From contig CANSFI010000004.1 of NCBI GenBank assembly GCA_947646095.1, forward strand, positions 2,788 through 66,787: a stretch of DNA of 64,000 nt, read 5' to 3'. Positions 40,843 through 50,109 of this stretch are shown piece by piece; positions within the stretch are counted from its first letter, which is position 1; the number at the start of each line of letters is the position of its first letter. Source of the stretch: an uncultured Mycoplasmatota bacterium. GTDB taxonomy: Bacteria > Bacillota_I > Bacilli_A > RF39 > UBA660. Below the pieces are notes generated by a model that was not told the DNA's origin, ran no database searches, and saw only the letters and a list, made by a program, of their open reading frames with translations. Made by a program: the position numbers and the translations under genes.

Positions 40843-41736
40843 CTAGTATTCATTATTTTTAACTGAAGTAGAAGCTATAGCTGCTTCTCCAATTGCGGTA
40901 CTTATTTGGTATACATTCTTTTTTATTATATCTCCACAGGCATATATTCCTTTTATATTAGTTTCCATGTTTTTATCTACTAATATATATCCATTTTCAT
41001 TTTTTATATTTAAATTTTTTAAATAGTTAATATCAGGATCAAAACCAATATATATAAATAAACCTTCTATTTTTAGTTTCTGATTATTCAATTGAATACT
41101 TTCTAACTTATTATTTTCTTCATTTATATTAGTAATTTTACTATTGAATAATATTTCAATATTATTTTTTTGTTTAATTTTATCTTGTAAAATACTAGTA
41201 GCTCTAAGTTTTTCACTTCGATTTATAATATATACTTTTTTTACTATAGAGGATAAATATAAAGCTCCTGTTAAAGCACTATCTCCCCCTCCTACTATAG
41301 CAACTTCTTTATCTTTAAAAAACATTCCATCGCATATAGCACAATAACTTATACCATGTCCTATCAGTTTTTCTTCATTTGAAAGTCCTAATTTTCTTGG
41401 AATACGTCCAGTTGCTAAAATAATATTTTTCGTTTTAAATTCATCTTTATTAGTTTTAACTATTTTTAAATTATTTGAATCAATAATTTCTATTACATTA
41501 CCATATTTATAATCAATATTTTGTTTCTTTATTTGTTCATATATACATAAAGCTAAATCAGTTCCGTTAATGCTAGTAAAACCTGGATAATTCTCAATAT
41601 CTGTTGTTTTATTTAATTGTCCACCTGGCATTTCTCTTTCTAATAATAAAACATTTATATTTGATCTTTTTAAATAAAGAGCAGATGTCATTCCAGCTAC
41701 TCCTGCTCCAATTACTATACAATCATAATTATTCAT
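40843..41736 (-). CDS. trxB: Thioredoxin-disulfide reductase
   Basis: Motifs GAGVAG and redox CAICDG, second GGGDSA. Start taken at MNNYDCIVIG. Confidence 0.9.
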   Translation of the reverse strand: MNNYDCIVIGAGVAGMTSALYLKRSNINVLLLEREMPGGQLNKTTDIENYPGFTSINGTDLALCIYEQIKKQNIDYKYGNVIEIIDSNNLKIVKTNKDEFKTKNIILATGRIPRKLGLSNEEKLIGHGISYCAICDGMFFKDKEVAIVGGGDSALTGALYLSSIVKKVYIINRSEKLRATSILQDKIKQKNNIEILFNSKITNINEENNKLESIQLNNQKLKIEGLFIYIGFDPDINYLKNLNIKNENGYILVDKNMETNIKGIYACGDIIKKNVYQISTAIGEAAIASTSVKNNEY

Positions 41737-42520
41737 CTTTATCATCTCCATTATATAAAGAACCTTTACTCATTTTAAGAAATATTATTATTCCAATAGT
41801 TATCATTAATAAAGATACTATTTGAGCTATTCTTAAATTACCTAACATTAGACTATCTGTACGCATTCCTTCAATTATAAATCTACCTATTCCATACCAA
41901 ATCATATATATTGATGTTAATTGTCCTACTTTTAATTTGTTAAATTTTCGTATTAAAATTAAAAGTATAAAACCTATTAAACACCAAGTTGATTCGTAAA
42001 GAAAGGTTGGTTGATAATAAATACCTCCTATATTCATTCCTTTAATTATAAAATCAGGAATAAAAAGTTTTTGAAGATGTTCAAGTGTTGTTACCATACC
42101 ATGGGCTTCACTGTTAAAAAAGTTACCCCATCTACCAATTGCTTGACCTATAATTAAGCCTACTACTATAATATCTAGAATACGTAATGTACTAATTTTA
42201 TGTTTTTTAGTATAAAAAATCACAAATATAAGTCCTGCTAGTATACCTCCATGTATAGCAAGACCACCTTCCCATACTTTAAATATATTTATAAAGTCTT
42301 GCATGTAATAGTCTAAATTAAATATAACATAATATAGTCTAGCTCCTATTAAGGCTATTGGTATTATATAAAAAAACAAATTAATTATAAAATTTTCTGA
42401 AATTTTATTTTTTTTAGCTTCTTTAAGAACAAGATATCCGCCTGTTAATATTGCGATAAGCATAATTAAAGAATACCAATATATTCTTATATTTCCTATT
42501 TGGACTACAATAGGATTCAT
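41729..42520 (-). CDS. lgt: Prolipoprotein diacylglyceryl transferase
   Basis: Motifs GARLYYV and GRWGNFFNSE. Confidence 0.93.
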   Translation of the reverse strand: MNPIVVQIGNIRIYWYSLIMLIAILTGGYLVLKEAKKNKISENFIINLFFYIIPIALIGARLYYVIFNLDYYMQDFINIFKVWEGGLAIHGGILAGLIFVIFYTKKHKISTLRILDIIVVGLIIGQAIGRWGNFFNSEAHGMVTTLEHLQKLFIPDFIIKGMNIGGIYYQPTFLYESTWCLIGFILLILIRKFNKLKVGQLTSIYMIWYGIGRFIIEGMRTDSLMLGNLRIAQIVSLLMITIGIIIFLKMSKGSLYNGDDKDE

Positions 42521-42954
42521 TAATTATCACCTCTATCTAATATTGGTTTTATTATTAGTATATCCATACATACATTCATAATTGATATTAAAACAGCTAC
42601 TATAAAGGCAAAAAATATACCATTTATTTCGAAATGTGAACCTAAAATCCAGTCTGTTATATGAAGAATAAAAACATTAATAAAAGGATAAAACAATCCT
42701 AAAGTAAGTCCTGTTATTGGTAATGTTAACCAAACAATAATAGGTTTTACTGTTTTATTTAATAAATATATAATTATAGCAGCAAATAATCCCCATATTC
42801 CAAAATAATTACTATCTATATGAATTGTTTTTTTAAATATAATTGATACAGTTATTAAAATAATGGCATATGATATCATATGTATTAACCAATCAAGGAA
42901 ACGATTTATTTCTTTTTTAGGAGATATTTTTGGATTTATAACAGTTTGTTTCAT
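42520..42954 (-). CDS. DUF360 / holin-4-like (YvlD-type) membrane protein
   Basis: 144 aa with four TM helices. Overlaps the lgt start by 1 nt. Confidence 0.55.
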   Translation of the reverse strand: MKQTVINPKISPKKEINRFLDWLIHMISYAIILITVSIIFKKTIHIDSNYFGIWGLFAAIIIYLLNKTVKPIIVWLTLPITGLTLGLFYPFINVFILHITDWILGSHFEINGIFFAFIVAVLISIMNVCMDILIIKPILDRGDN

Positions 42955-43022
42955 ATTACCAACTCCTTTTATTATTATAACATATGTAATACTTTATCCT
43001 CAACTTAAATTTTAATATTTAA

Positions 43023-44978
43023 CTACTTATTTTCACTTCGCATTTCAAATAATATATCTCTAAGTTCTGTAGCTCTTTCAAAGTCTAAATTCTTTGCAGC
43101 TTCTTTCATTTCGGTTTCTATTTTTAACATTAGTTTTTCTTTATCTTTTTTACTCATTTTAGGACTTTCTTTTTGATTATTTTCTTCTACATTACTAATT
43201 ACTTCTCTAATTTCCTTTATAATTGTTTTTGGTACAATATTATGTTCTTTATTATATTCTTCTTGTATTTTTCTTCTTCTTTCGGTTTCTGAAATTGCAA
43301 TTTTCATAGAATCACTAATAGTATCTGCATACATTATAACTCTACCAGTTGCATTTCTTGCTGCTCTTCCTATTGTTTGAATTAAACTTCTTTCACTTCT
43401 TAAAAATCCCTGTTTATCAGCATCCATAATAGCTATTAAACTAACTTCTGGTATATCTAATCCCTCTCTAAGTAAGTTTATGCCAACTAATACATCATAT
43501 TTACCTAAACGTAAATCTCTAATTATTTTTAAACGATCTAAAGTTTTTATTTCGCTATGAAGATAAGCAACTTTTATGTCTAATTTTTTTAAGTATGTTG
43601 TAAGTTCTTCAGCCATTCTAATTGTTAAAGTTGTTATTAAAGTTCTCTCATTTTTTTCTATTTGCTTATTTATTTCTTCTACTAAGTTATCGATTTGATT
43701 TTTAGATGTTCTAACTTCTATAGGTGGATCTAATAAGCCAGTAGGACGAATTATTTGTTCAACTTTTTTATTATTTGTTTTTTCAAGTTCATATTCACCT
43801 GGAGTCGCTGATACAAATATAACTTGATTTATTTTATCTTCAAATTCATTAAATTTTAAGGGTCTATTATCCATAGCACTAGGTAATCTAAATCCATAAT
43901 CTACTAATACTTTCTTACGGGCTTGGTCACCATTAAACATTCCTCTAATTTGAGGAACTGTAACATGTGATTCATCAATAACTAGTAAAAAATCTTTTCC
44001 AAAAAAATCTATTAATGTAGTAGGAGTTGCTCCTGGTTCTTTTAGAGCTAATGGTCTTGAATAGTTTTCTACTCCTCGACAAAATCCTGTTTCTTCAAGC
44101 ATTTCTAAATCATAGTTAGTTCTCTCCATCAATCTTTGATATTCTAATAATTTATTATTACTTTTAAAATATTCCAATCTATCTTCTAGTTCTTTACGAA
44201 TATCTTTAATAGCTATTTTAAGTTTGTCTTCACTTGTTACAAAGTGACTAGCTGGAAATATTGATACTGTTTTTTTGTTTACTAAGATACTACCTGTTAA
44301 AGTATCAAATTCACTTATTTTTTCTATTTCATCACCAAAAAATTCTACTCTAATACCTTTTCCATGTTGACTTACTGGTACTAGTTCTAAAACATCTCCT
44401 TTTACTCTAAAGCTACCTCTTTTTAAATCTAAGTTATTTCTCTCATATAGCATTTCAACTAATTTTTGTAATACTACATCTCTATCAACTATATCACCAA
44501 CATTTAAAGTAAGCATCTTTTTTTGATATTCTTCTATTTCTCCTATTCCATATATACAAGAAACTGATGATACTACAATAACATCTTTATTATTTAAAAG
44601 TGAAGAAGTCGCATAATGTCTTAGTTCATCTATTTCATCATTGATTGAAGCATCTTTCTCTATGTAGGTATCTGTTTTAGCTACATATGCTTCTGGTTGA
44701 TAATAATCATAATATGATACAAAATAACATACATGATTCTCTGGGAAGATCTCCTTGAGTTCCGAATAAAGTTGTCCTGCAAGAGTTTTATTGTGTGCCA
44801 AAACAAGGGTTGGTTTGTTCGTTCTTGCTATCACATTTGCTATTGTGAAAGTCTTACCAGTCCCTGTTGCACCAAGTAAAACCTGGTGTTTCTTGCCTTC
44901 TTCAATTCCTTTTACTAGTTCTTCTATTGCTTTTGGTTGATCTCCTGCAGGTTCATATTTCGATACTAATTTAAACAT
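43023..44978 (-). CDS. uvrB: Excinuclease ABC subunit B
   Basis: [12 protein letters not shown], helicase motifs, C-terminal UVR domain. Real start is [14 protein letters not shown] at 44978 after AAGGAGGG. The first ~80 codons have atypical G+C-rich codons. Confidence 0.97.
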   Translation of the reverse strand: MFKLVSKYEPAGDQPKAIEELVKGIEEGKKHQVLLGATGTGKTFTIANVIARTNKPTLVLAHNKTLAGQLYSELKEIFPENHVCYFVSYYDYYQPEAYVAKTDTYIEKDASINDEIDELRHYATSSLLNNKDVIVVSSVSCIYGIGEIEEYQKKMLTLNVGDIVDRDVVLQKLVEMLYERNNLDLKRGSFRVKGDVLELVPVSQHGKGIRVEFFGDEIEKISEFDTLTGSILVNKKTVSIFPASHFVTSEDKLKIAIKDIRKELEDRLEYFKSNNKLLEYQRLMERTNYDLEMLEETGFCRGVENYSRPLALKEPGATPTTLIDFFGKDFLLVIDESHVTVPQIRGMFNGDQARKKVLVDYGFRLPSAMDNRPLKFNEFEDKINQVIFVSATPGEYELEKTNNKKVEQIIRPTGLLDPPIEVRTSKNQIDNLVEEINKQIEKNERTLITTLTIRMAEELTTYLKKLDIKVAYLHSEIKTLDRLKIIRDLRLGKYDVLVGINLLREGLDIPEVSLIAIMDADKQGFLRSERSLIQTIGRAARNATGRVIMYADTISDSMKIAISETERRRKIQEEYNKEHNIVPKTIIKEIREVISNVEENNQKESPKMSKKDKEKLMLKIETEMKEAAKNLDFERATELRDILFEMRSENK

Positions 44979-45014
44979 TTTGCCCTCCTTATTACGACTA
45001 CAGTCAGCCAGAAT

Positions 45015-45276
45015 ATTCGTGTCCAAAATTCAAAAATTCGTGTCCTGACTAATTTTTAGTGCTTCAAAATCTGACTTTTTTGCTTGGACACGAATGTCGG
45101 CCACAAATTTACTAAATGATACTAAATAACACTACATGATACGAGCCAATTTCTAATAATATATTTTAACACTTATTTTAAAACAAAACAAGGAAACACC
45201 TATATGTTCCCTTGTAATTATTTTTATCATTTTTGCTATTCTTTATACATATTTATTAATCATTAAATTCGTGTCC
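45015..45276. repeat. Four copies of ATTCGTGTCC at the ICE end
   Basis: Direct copies at 45015-45024, 45036-45045 and 45267-45276. Inverted copy (ggacacgaat) at 45086-45095. Confidence 0.85.
45178..45215 (-). terminator. Terminator of the recombinase operon
   Basis: Stem acaaggaaac (45188-45197) / gttcccttgt (45206-45215) with one mismatch, then UUUUGUUUU on the minus strand. Confidence 0.65.
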
Positions 45277-46541
45277 AAATCTTCTACTATTGGTGTCAAT
45301 AAATTGTGTAATATTTCTTCTGGTTTAACTCTATCAATATAACTATTTAATTCACTTGTACAATCAATTATTAACCTATTTTTATCAAAATAGACATTAG
45401 ATGTGATAATGGTAGAAGCATGACCTAATAACTCTGAAACTGCCTTTAAATCATAATTATTAATTAATAATAGTGTAGCATAGGTATGCCTTAAATCATG
45501 AAAACCAATATTAGGCAAGTTATTATCCTTTAATAATTTTAAATAATATCTTCTATGAAAGTCTTTACTTCTTGGTTTTCCATAAGTAGAACAACATATA
45601 TACTTATGGTCATAAAATGGGTTATGTTTATCATTAATTCTTCTATTTCGATTTCTTTCATATTTTTGCTTTTCATTTAAGATTGCTTCAAACACCATAT
45701 CTGGAATATCTAACACTCTTTCACTATGATAAGACTTTAATTCGATTTCTTGTTTAGTAAGCATCTTTCTAGGACAATCATCAATCGTATCACTTGTTTT
45801 TCTTCCTAATTGTACTCTCAAATATAGTTTTCTATTAACAAAGTCAATATCAGTATATTTTAAGCCATTAATCTCTTGTTTCCTTAATCCCATTAAGACT
45901 GCAAATAGAACTTGCAAATAAATGGGAGTCGATTTACTAGCTTCTATTAAGGTTTTTATTTGTTCTACATTTAATACTTGTTCTTCCTTAATAACTACTG
46001 TTTTATATTCCTTTTTCTCAATGGTTTTAGGTAAAGATATATTAGCAGTTGGATCAGCTTCTATCAAGTTTTTATCTTTAGCATATTTCATTGCTGTTTG
46101 CATAATTGTTTTTGCTAATCTTGCTATAGATTCATACTTACTAGCAGTATCATTATAAAACTTTTGAATATGTCCCATATTAATCTGTATTAGATTAAGA
46201 TTACCTAAAAATGGAATAGCATAATTTTCTATAACATTTCTATATGACATATAAGTATTATACTTTCCAGGTTTTATTTCTTTATCAAGCCAATATCTCA
46301 TATAAACTTCAAACTTAATCTTGGGTTGAACTACAAAGGTATGATTAATAAGTTGAGAGGCAACTTTATCTCTTTCAGCAGTTGCCTCACTTTTCTTTGT
46401 AAATCCACCAATTTGTATCATATCTTCTGTATCATCATTAAAAAATAATTTTAGTCTAAAACCATATTTATCTTTTAATTTAATAACAGAATATAACTTG
46501 TAATCTATATATGTTTTATTAAATAACTCATTATCCAACAT
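45243..46541 (-). CDS. Tyrosine recombinase/integrase 1
   Basis: Catalytic motifs GLRKQE, HDLRHTYAT and LGHASTIITSNVY. AP2-like arm-binding N-terminus (GFTKKSEATAERDKV). Confidence 0.9.
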   Translation of the reverse strand: MLDNELFNKTYIDYKLYSVIKLKDKYGFRLKLFFNDDTEDMIQIGGFTKKSEATAERDKVASQLINHTFVVQPKIKFEVYMRYWLDKEIKPGKYNTYMSYRNVIENYAIPFLGNLNLIQINMGHIQKFYNDTASKYESIARLAKTIMQTAMKYAKDKNLIEADPTANISLPKTIEKKEYKTVVIKEEQVLNVEQIKTLIEASKSTPIYLQVLFAVLMGLRKQEINGLKYTDIDFVNRKLYLRVQLGRKTSDTIDDCPRKMLTKQEIELKSYHSERVLDIPDMVFEAILNEKQKYERNRNRRINDKHNPFYDHKYICCSTYGKPRSKDFHRRYYLKLLKDNNLPNIGFHDLRHTYATLLLINNYDLKAVSELLGHASTIITSNVYFDKNRLIIDCTSELNSYIDRVKPEEILHNLLTPIVEDLDTNLMINKYV

Positions 46542-47733
46542 ATTCTACACCATCCTCTATAGCAAATAAATCATTCATAAATGATAATATTTTTTCTTTT
46601 TCATCCATAACCTCACAATAATATTCAAAAGTAGTATGAATAGAAGTATGTCCTAACATAGCAGATATTTTAGGTAAGGTTACTCCCTCTTCCAATAATA
46701 TTGTTGCACACATATGCCTAAGTCCATGAACTGATATATGAGGTAAACTTAATTTATTACATAATTTTGTTAAAGCTGAATTCATAGCATTTAAACAATG
46801 ACACTTACCATCAACTTGACAACTTATATAATCATGTTCCTCATATTCATCTCCTAGACTTACTTTATTATTATTAATTAATGAATTTCTTTTATTTAAT
46901 TCTTCCATTATTAAATCTGGTACTTTTAAGCAACGAATACTATTATCTGTTTTGGGATTTTTTTCAACCAGTCGATAATTTATTAATTGACTACTATTCT
47001 CTACTAGTTCTCCCTCTCTAACGATTTGTCTTTCTATTCTTACAGTTTTATTTTCTTGGTTAAAGTCTGTTGATTTTAACCCAAGTATTTCTCCTTTACG
47101 AAGTCCCACAAATAATCCTAACAATATCTCTAAATACCAATTTGTTTTCTTTGCTTCCTCTAGTAGTCTTTTTATTTGGGATTCACTTAAAACTCTAATC
47201 TTTGGTTTTGGTCTTCTATACAATTTTGTATTTAAGGCAGGATTATAAGTAATATATCCTCCTGTAACTGCATCTTTCATAGCCATAATAATTATATTTC
47301 TTGAAGAGTAACCACCCGATTCAGTCATCTTACTTGCTTTTTCTATTATCTCATCTAAATAGTCAGTTGTTACCATACCAATTTTTAAATTGTATTCGAT
47401 ATTAGGAACTATTAAATCGTGGACAATATATGCACCAACAATTCTAGTATTAGACGAAGCTCTTTCATAATAAATATGTCCAAACCAATAGATTAAATAA
47501 TCTTTAAACATTATTTCTTTATCAACAGTAACATAAAACTCTCTTTGTGCTTCTTCAAATTCTTTTTCATACTTACGATAGCTTTCAACTGCCTCTTCTT
47601 CAGTTTTAAAACCCTTTAATTTTAGATATTTTACTTTCCCATTTTTTTCAAGAACCTTATATCTATGACACCATGAGGTATATTCAAAAAATGCTACTCC
47701 ACTTTTTCCTTTTTTAATTTCTCCTTTTGACAT
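46531..47733 (-). CDS. Tyrosine recombinase/integrase 2
   Basis: Catalytic motifs GLRKGE, HGLRHMCAT and LGHTSIHTTFEYY. AP2-like N-terminus (KGFKTEEEAVESYRKY). Start at MSKGEI after AAGGAG. Overlaps integrase 1 by 11 nt. Confidence 0.9.
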   Translation of the reverse strand: MSKGEIKKGKSGVAFFEYTSWCHRYKVLEKNGKVKYLKLKGFKTEEEAVESYRKYEKEFEEAQREFYVTVDKEIMFKDYLIYWFGHIYYERASSNTRIVGAYIVHDLIVPNIEYNLKIGMVTTDYLDEIIEKASKMTESGGYSSRNIIIMAMKDAVTGGYITYNPALNTKLYRRPKPKIRVLSESQIKRLLEEAKKTNWYLEILLGLFVGLRKGEILGLKSTDFNQENKTVRIERQIVREGELVENSSQLINYRLVEKNPKTDNSIRCLKVPDLIMEELNKRNSLINNNKVSLGDEYEEHDYISCQVDGKCHCLNAMNSALTKLCNKLSLPHISVHGLRHMCATILLEEGVTLPKISAMLGHTSIHTTFEYYCEVMDEKEKILSFMNDLFAIEDGVEYVG

Positions 47734-47747
47734 AGTTAAAACTCCTT

Positions 47748-47936
47748 TCAATTATTGTTGAGCCACTGATCAAAGGAATCTTTAGGAATACGATATAACT
47801 TTCCAATTTTGATTACTCTAAAAGGTTTTTGCCTTTTATATACTTCTTCTAAAAACTTATATGCTTTTGTTCTTCCAAGTCCTAAAAGTTTTTGTACTTC
47901 AGATATGCTATATACTTTTTTATTTTCAGTATTCAT
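47748..47936 (-). CDS. xis: Excisionase-type helix-turn-helix DNA-binding protein
   Basis: 62 aa. YSISEVQKLLGLGRTKAYKFL...IKIGKLYRIPK is typical of the excisionase/MerR-like HTH. Confidence 0.75.
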   Translation of the reverse strand: MNTENKKVYSISEVQKLLGLGRTKAYKFLEEVYKRQKPFRVIKIGKLYRIPKDSFDQWLNNN

Positions 47937-48032
47937 CTATTTCCTTTCATATTGATACTGGCTCTTTCGTATAAAAGATACCAGTTTTAAAAAATAATTA
48001 CCAATGTACAAATTTTTTCATTTGTAATTTTT

Positions 48033-48374
48033 TTATTCCAAACCAAAAGAGATAGAAATTGCTTTTTCTACCTCTTTCATTTGTTCATGTTCTAGCATAC
48101 CCATATACCCTTTTAGTCTTGTTTTATCTAAAACTCTTATTTGTTCTAATAGAATAATTGAATCATGTCTTAATTTGTCAAACTGCTTTATTAATATATG
48201 AGTTGGCAATAACTTATCTTTTCTAGTTGATATTGGAGCAACTAATACAGTTGGACTATATTTATTACCTAAATCATTTTGTATAATTAAAACAGGTCTT
48301 ATACCCTGTTGTTCACTACCTATTATTGGATCTAAATCTGCATAGAATAAAGCTCCTCTAACTATGTTTTTCAT
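48033..48374 (-). CDS. mazF: MazF/PemK-family endoribonuclease toxin
   Basis: RGALFYADLDPIIGSEQQGIRPVLIIQND...VLVAPIS. Start taken at the Met 8 nt after GGAG. Confidence 0.85.
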   Translation of the reverse strand: MKNIVRGALFYADLDPIIGSEQQGIRPVLIIQNDLGNKYSPTVLVAPISTRKDKLLPTHILIKQFDKLRHDSIILLEQIRVLDKTRLKGYMGMLEHEQMKEVEKAISISFGLE

Positions 48375-48558
48375 CAACATCTCTCCTCTCATGTATTTTT
48401 TTAATTCTTATTTTTATATTTTTTCTAACCTCTGGTAATTTTAAAATTTGGGTTTCATCACTAATATAAATAACTTGTTCACGAATATCCTGTTCAGATG
48501 TTCCATCTAAATCAAAATCATATTTTTTTGTTAATCTAACTCTATATCTATTTAACAT
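48358..48558 (-). CDS. 66-aa protein in the antitoxin position (no MazE/RHH/AbrB resemblance recognised)
   Basis: Overlaps the mazF start by 17 nt. Acidic middle and basic C-terminus. AAAGGA RBS. Confidence 0.35.
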   Translation of the reverse strand: MLNRYRVRLTKKYDFDLDGTSEQDIREQVIYISDETQILKLPEVRKNIKIRIKKIHERRDVDEKHS

Positions 48559-48599
48559 CTTAAAAATCCTTTCTTTATGTATAAATACCAGTTGTTTAA

Positions 48600-48925
48600 T
48601 AAAGTTCGCTAAAATATAAATAATTACTATTTCACTAACCCCAACTGGTATTCAAAATCTATATATATTAAATGTGTTAATATTGTTCCTACCCCCTCAA
48701 CACTGGGAATCATTAAATGACTATTTGCTAAATAGTTCCATAGGACTTGAACCTCCCTGTGGTTCTCACAGAGTCGCACCCATTGATTTGGTCTGTGGCT
48801 ATGCGAAAGTATCATTATACCTACTATTCATCCTCGCATTATTAGGAGCAACCTAACATTTATAGTCAAGCTTTTATCGACAAGCGAACTTACTAAAGTG
48901 CTTAAAATAATAGGAATGTATTTAA
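48600..48925 (-). ncRNA. Candidate structured leader/ncRNA, copy 2
   Basis: Non-coding gap with a G+C-rich core (48680-48860), TTGACA at 48942-48947 (minus strand), multiple nested and alternative helices, and 5'/3' end pairing AAGTTCGCT/AGCGAACTT (plus 48883-48891 and 48602-48610). Confidence 0.45.
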
Positions 48926-48960
48926 TGACTAGATAATAAATTGTCAAAGAACTTTGTTCT

Positions 48961-49008
48961 AAATAAAAGAACAAGTGAGAAAGAGCAAAAATACTCTTCT
49001 CACTTGTT
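48961..49008 (-). terminator. Terminator after the sigma-like gene
   Basis: Stem aacaagtgagaaagag (48970-48985) / ctcttctcacttgtt (48994-49008), then a U-rich run on the minus strand. Confidence 0.7.
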
Positions 49009-49037
49009 TGGCAGTTTAAAAGCATTTATAGGGGGTA

Positions 49038-49511
49038 TTATTTTAAATTTTTTTGAATTTTTTCAATTCCTTTGTAAATACTTTCCCTAACTGATGATTC
49101 ATCACAACTCTCTTTTTCAGCAATTTGTTTGAAATTCATATCATCATAGTAATACATCTTAAATCTTCTTTTTTGTGTTTCAGTAAGTACATTAAATGCT
49201 TTCTTTATATCTTCTAATAGCAATTTTTGTTCAACCTCTTCTTCTAAAGAAAGGGGCTTGTCCATTCTTCTATTATTTAAAGAATCTTCATAAACTTCTG
49301 AATGTTCTATATGACTTCTATATTTATGTATTTGAGAAATATCTTCAAGTTCAAATTTATCAAATGCATGATATACTTCTTCTGATATTTCAACCTTATG
49401 AATAATTTTTTTATTATCAGTAAATTCAACTGTATAAATATTACTTATTTCATCAAAATCTAGTGTATAAGGATTATCCTTACTTTTATTTCTTTTTGGC
49501 ATTTTTGCCAT
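49038..49511 (-). CDS. Sigma-70 region-4-like HTH regulator (Tn916 Orf7-like)
   Basis: C-terminal LTETQKRRFKMYYYDDMNFKQIAEKESCDESSVRESIYKGIEKI matches the region 4 / LuxR-like HTH pattern. Confidence 0.6.
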   Translation of the reverse strand: MAKMPKRNKSKDNPYTLDFDEISNIYTVEFTDNKKIIHKVEISEEVYHAFDKFELEDISQIHKYRSHIEHSEVYEDSLNNRRMDKPLSLEEEVEQKLLLEDIKKAFNVLTETQKRRFKMYYYDDMNFKQIAEKESCDESSVRESIYKGIEKIQKNLK

Positions 49512-49600
49512 TTTAGTTATCCTCCAATCAATTTGAAATTTTTTAAATCAAATTGATTAGTGGTGGACTTCTACACCTAAATAACCTACCTATGCAAAGG

Positions 49601-49648
49601 AAAATAAAAAAGCCGAGCATTACTCCCTCAAACAAAGGAAAATGCTCG
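49601..49648 (-). terminator. Rho-independent terminator upstream of the sigma-like gene
   Basis: Stem cgagcatt (49614-49621) / aatgctcg (49641-49648), then UUUUUUAUUUU on the minus strand. Confidence 0.6.
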
Positions 49649-50083
49649 ACTTTCTCATTCAAAATTCTTTTTTCTCCATCTTCGTATTCAGCAATCATAG
49701 GCAACCTCTTCTTAATCACCTTTTATAAAAGCTAAATACTACATTATTTTGGTTTGCTTTCGTAATAAAGAAGGGGCTATTTTACCACTACTATATACTA
49801 CCTTTTACTCTTTCTTATTATCCATTAGGTAATTTTCAAACACATTATACGACATAAATATTGCAAATTTTGTCATATTCAGTAAGGTTTGTCTAATTTC
49901 ATACAAAAATGTATTTTTTCATCAAAAAAAGACTATCTTTGTTGATAATCTCTTTGATAATAATTTGTATTTATTATAATTAAACATAATTAGCATTATA
50001 TCAATTAATAACAAATATTGAATACAATCTACTCTATAAATTTTAATTTGTAATGCTTCTATAAAACTTAATAGTTTTTATTC

Positions 50084-50109
50084 TTGCTATGATAGATGTA
50101 TCATAGCAA
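50084..50109. repeat. Perfect 10-bp inverted repeat abutting the stop of 50111..50935
   Basis: ttgctatgat (50084-50093) / atcatagcaa (50100-50109) with a 6-nt loop. No U run on either strand. Confidence 0.7.

Noticed and set aside
44979-45110. N-terminal extension of the uvrB ORF ([16 protein letters not shown]) and a possible LexA/Cheo box upstream.
   Set aside because: The extension has no RBS, whereas MFKLVSKY follows AAGGAGGG. The palindromic GAATATTC / ACGAAT motifs do not fit CGAAC-N4-GTTCG. They are part of the ATTCGTGTCC repeats.
48735-48790. tRNA/tmRNA-like T-arm (GGTTCAAGTCC) and a group II intron-like GUGCG start.
   Set aside because: I found no acceptor, D or anticodon arms and no CCA-proximal stem. 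There is no domain V-like hairpin or intron-encoded protein. These are isolated motifs only.
48690-48870. Possible M-box (ykoK) riboswitch. Collinear short matches: GUUAGGU..GCUCCU, AGAC..AAUGGGU, GUCCUAUG, CAGUG. Copy 1 also has AUAAGGUGA.
   Set aside because: The highly conserved GCUAAAGCUC segment and several helices are missing. Neither copy precedes a Mg transporter. The matches are too short to trust without a covariance-model score.
48627-49025. Three 60-65-aa ORFs (48627..48815 minus, 48674..48856 plus, 48828..49025 minus).
   Set aside because: They overlap each other on both strands, lack RBSs and run through the terminator and promoter. The region is better explained as structured RNA.
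49543-49698. 51-aa minus-strand ORF (MIAEYEDGEKRILNEKVEHF...) with an AAGAGG RBS upstream of the sigma-like gene.
   Set aside because: A strong intrinsic terminator hairpin and U run lie inside the ORF. The C-terminal half is simply the translation of that hairpin. Coding status is doubtful.
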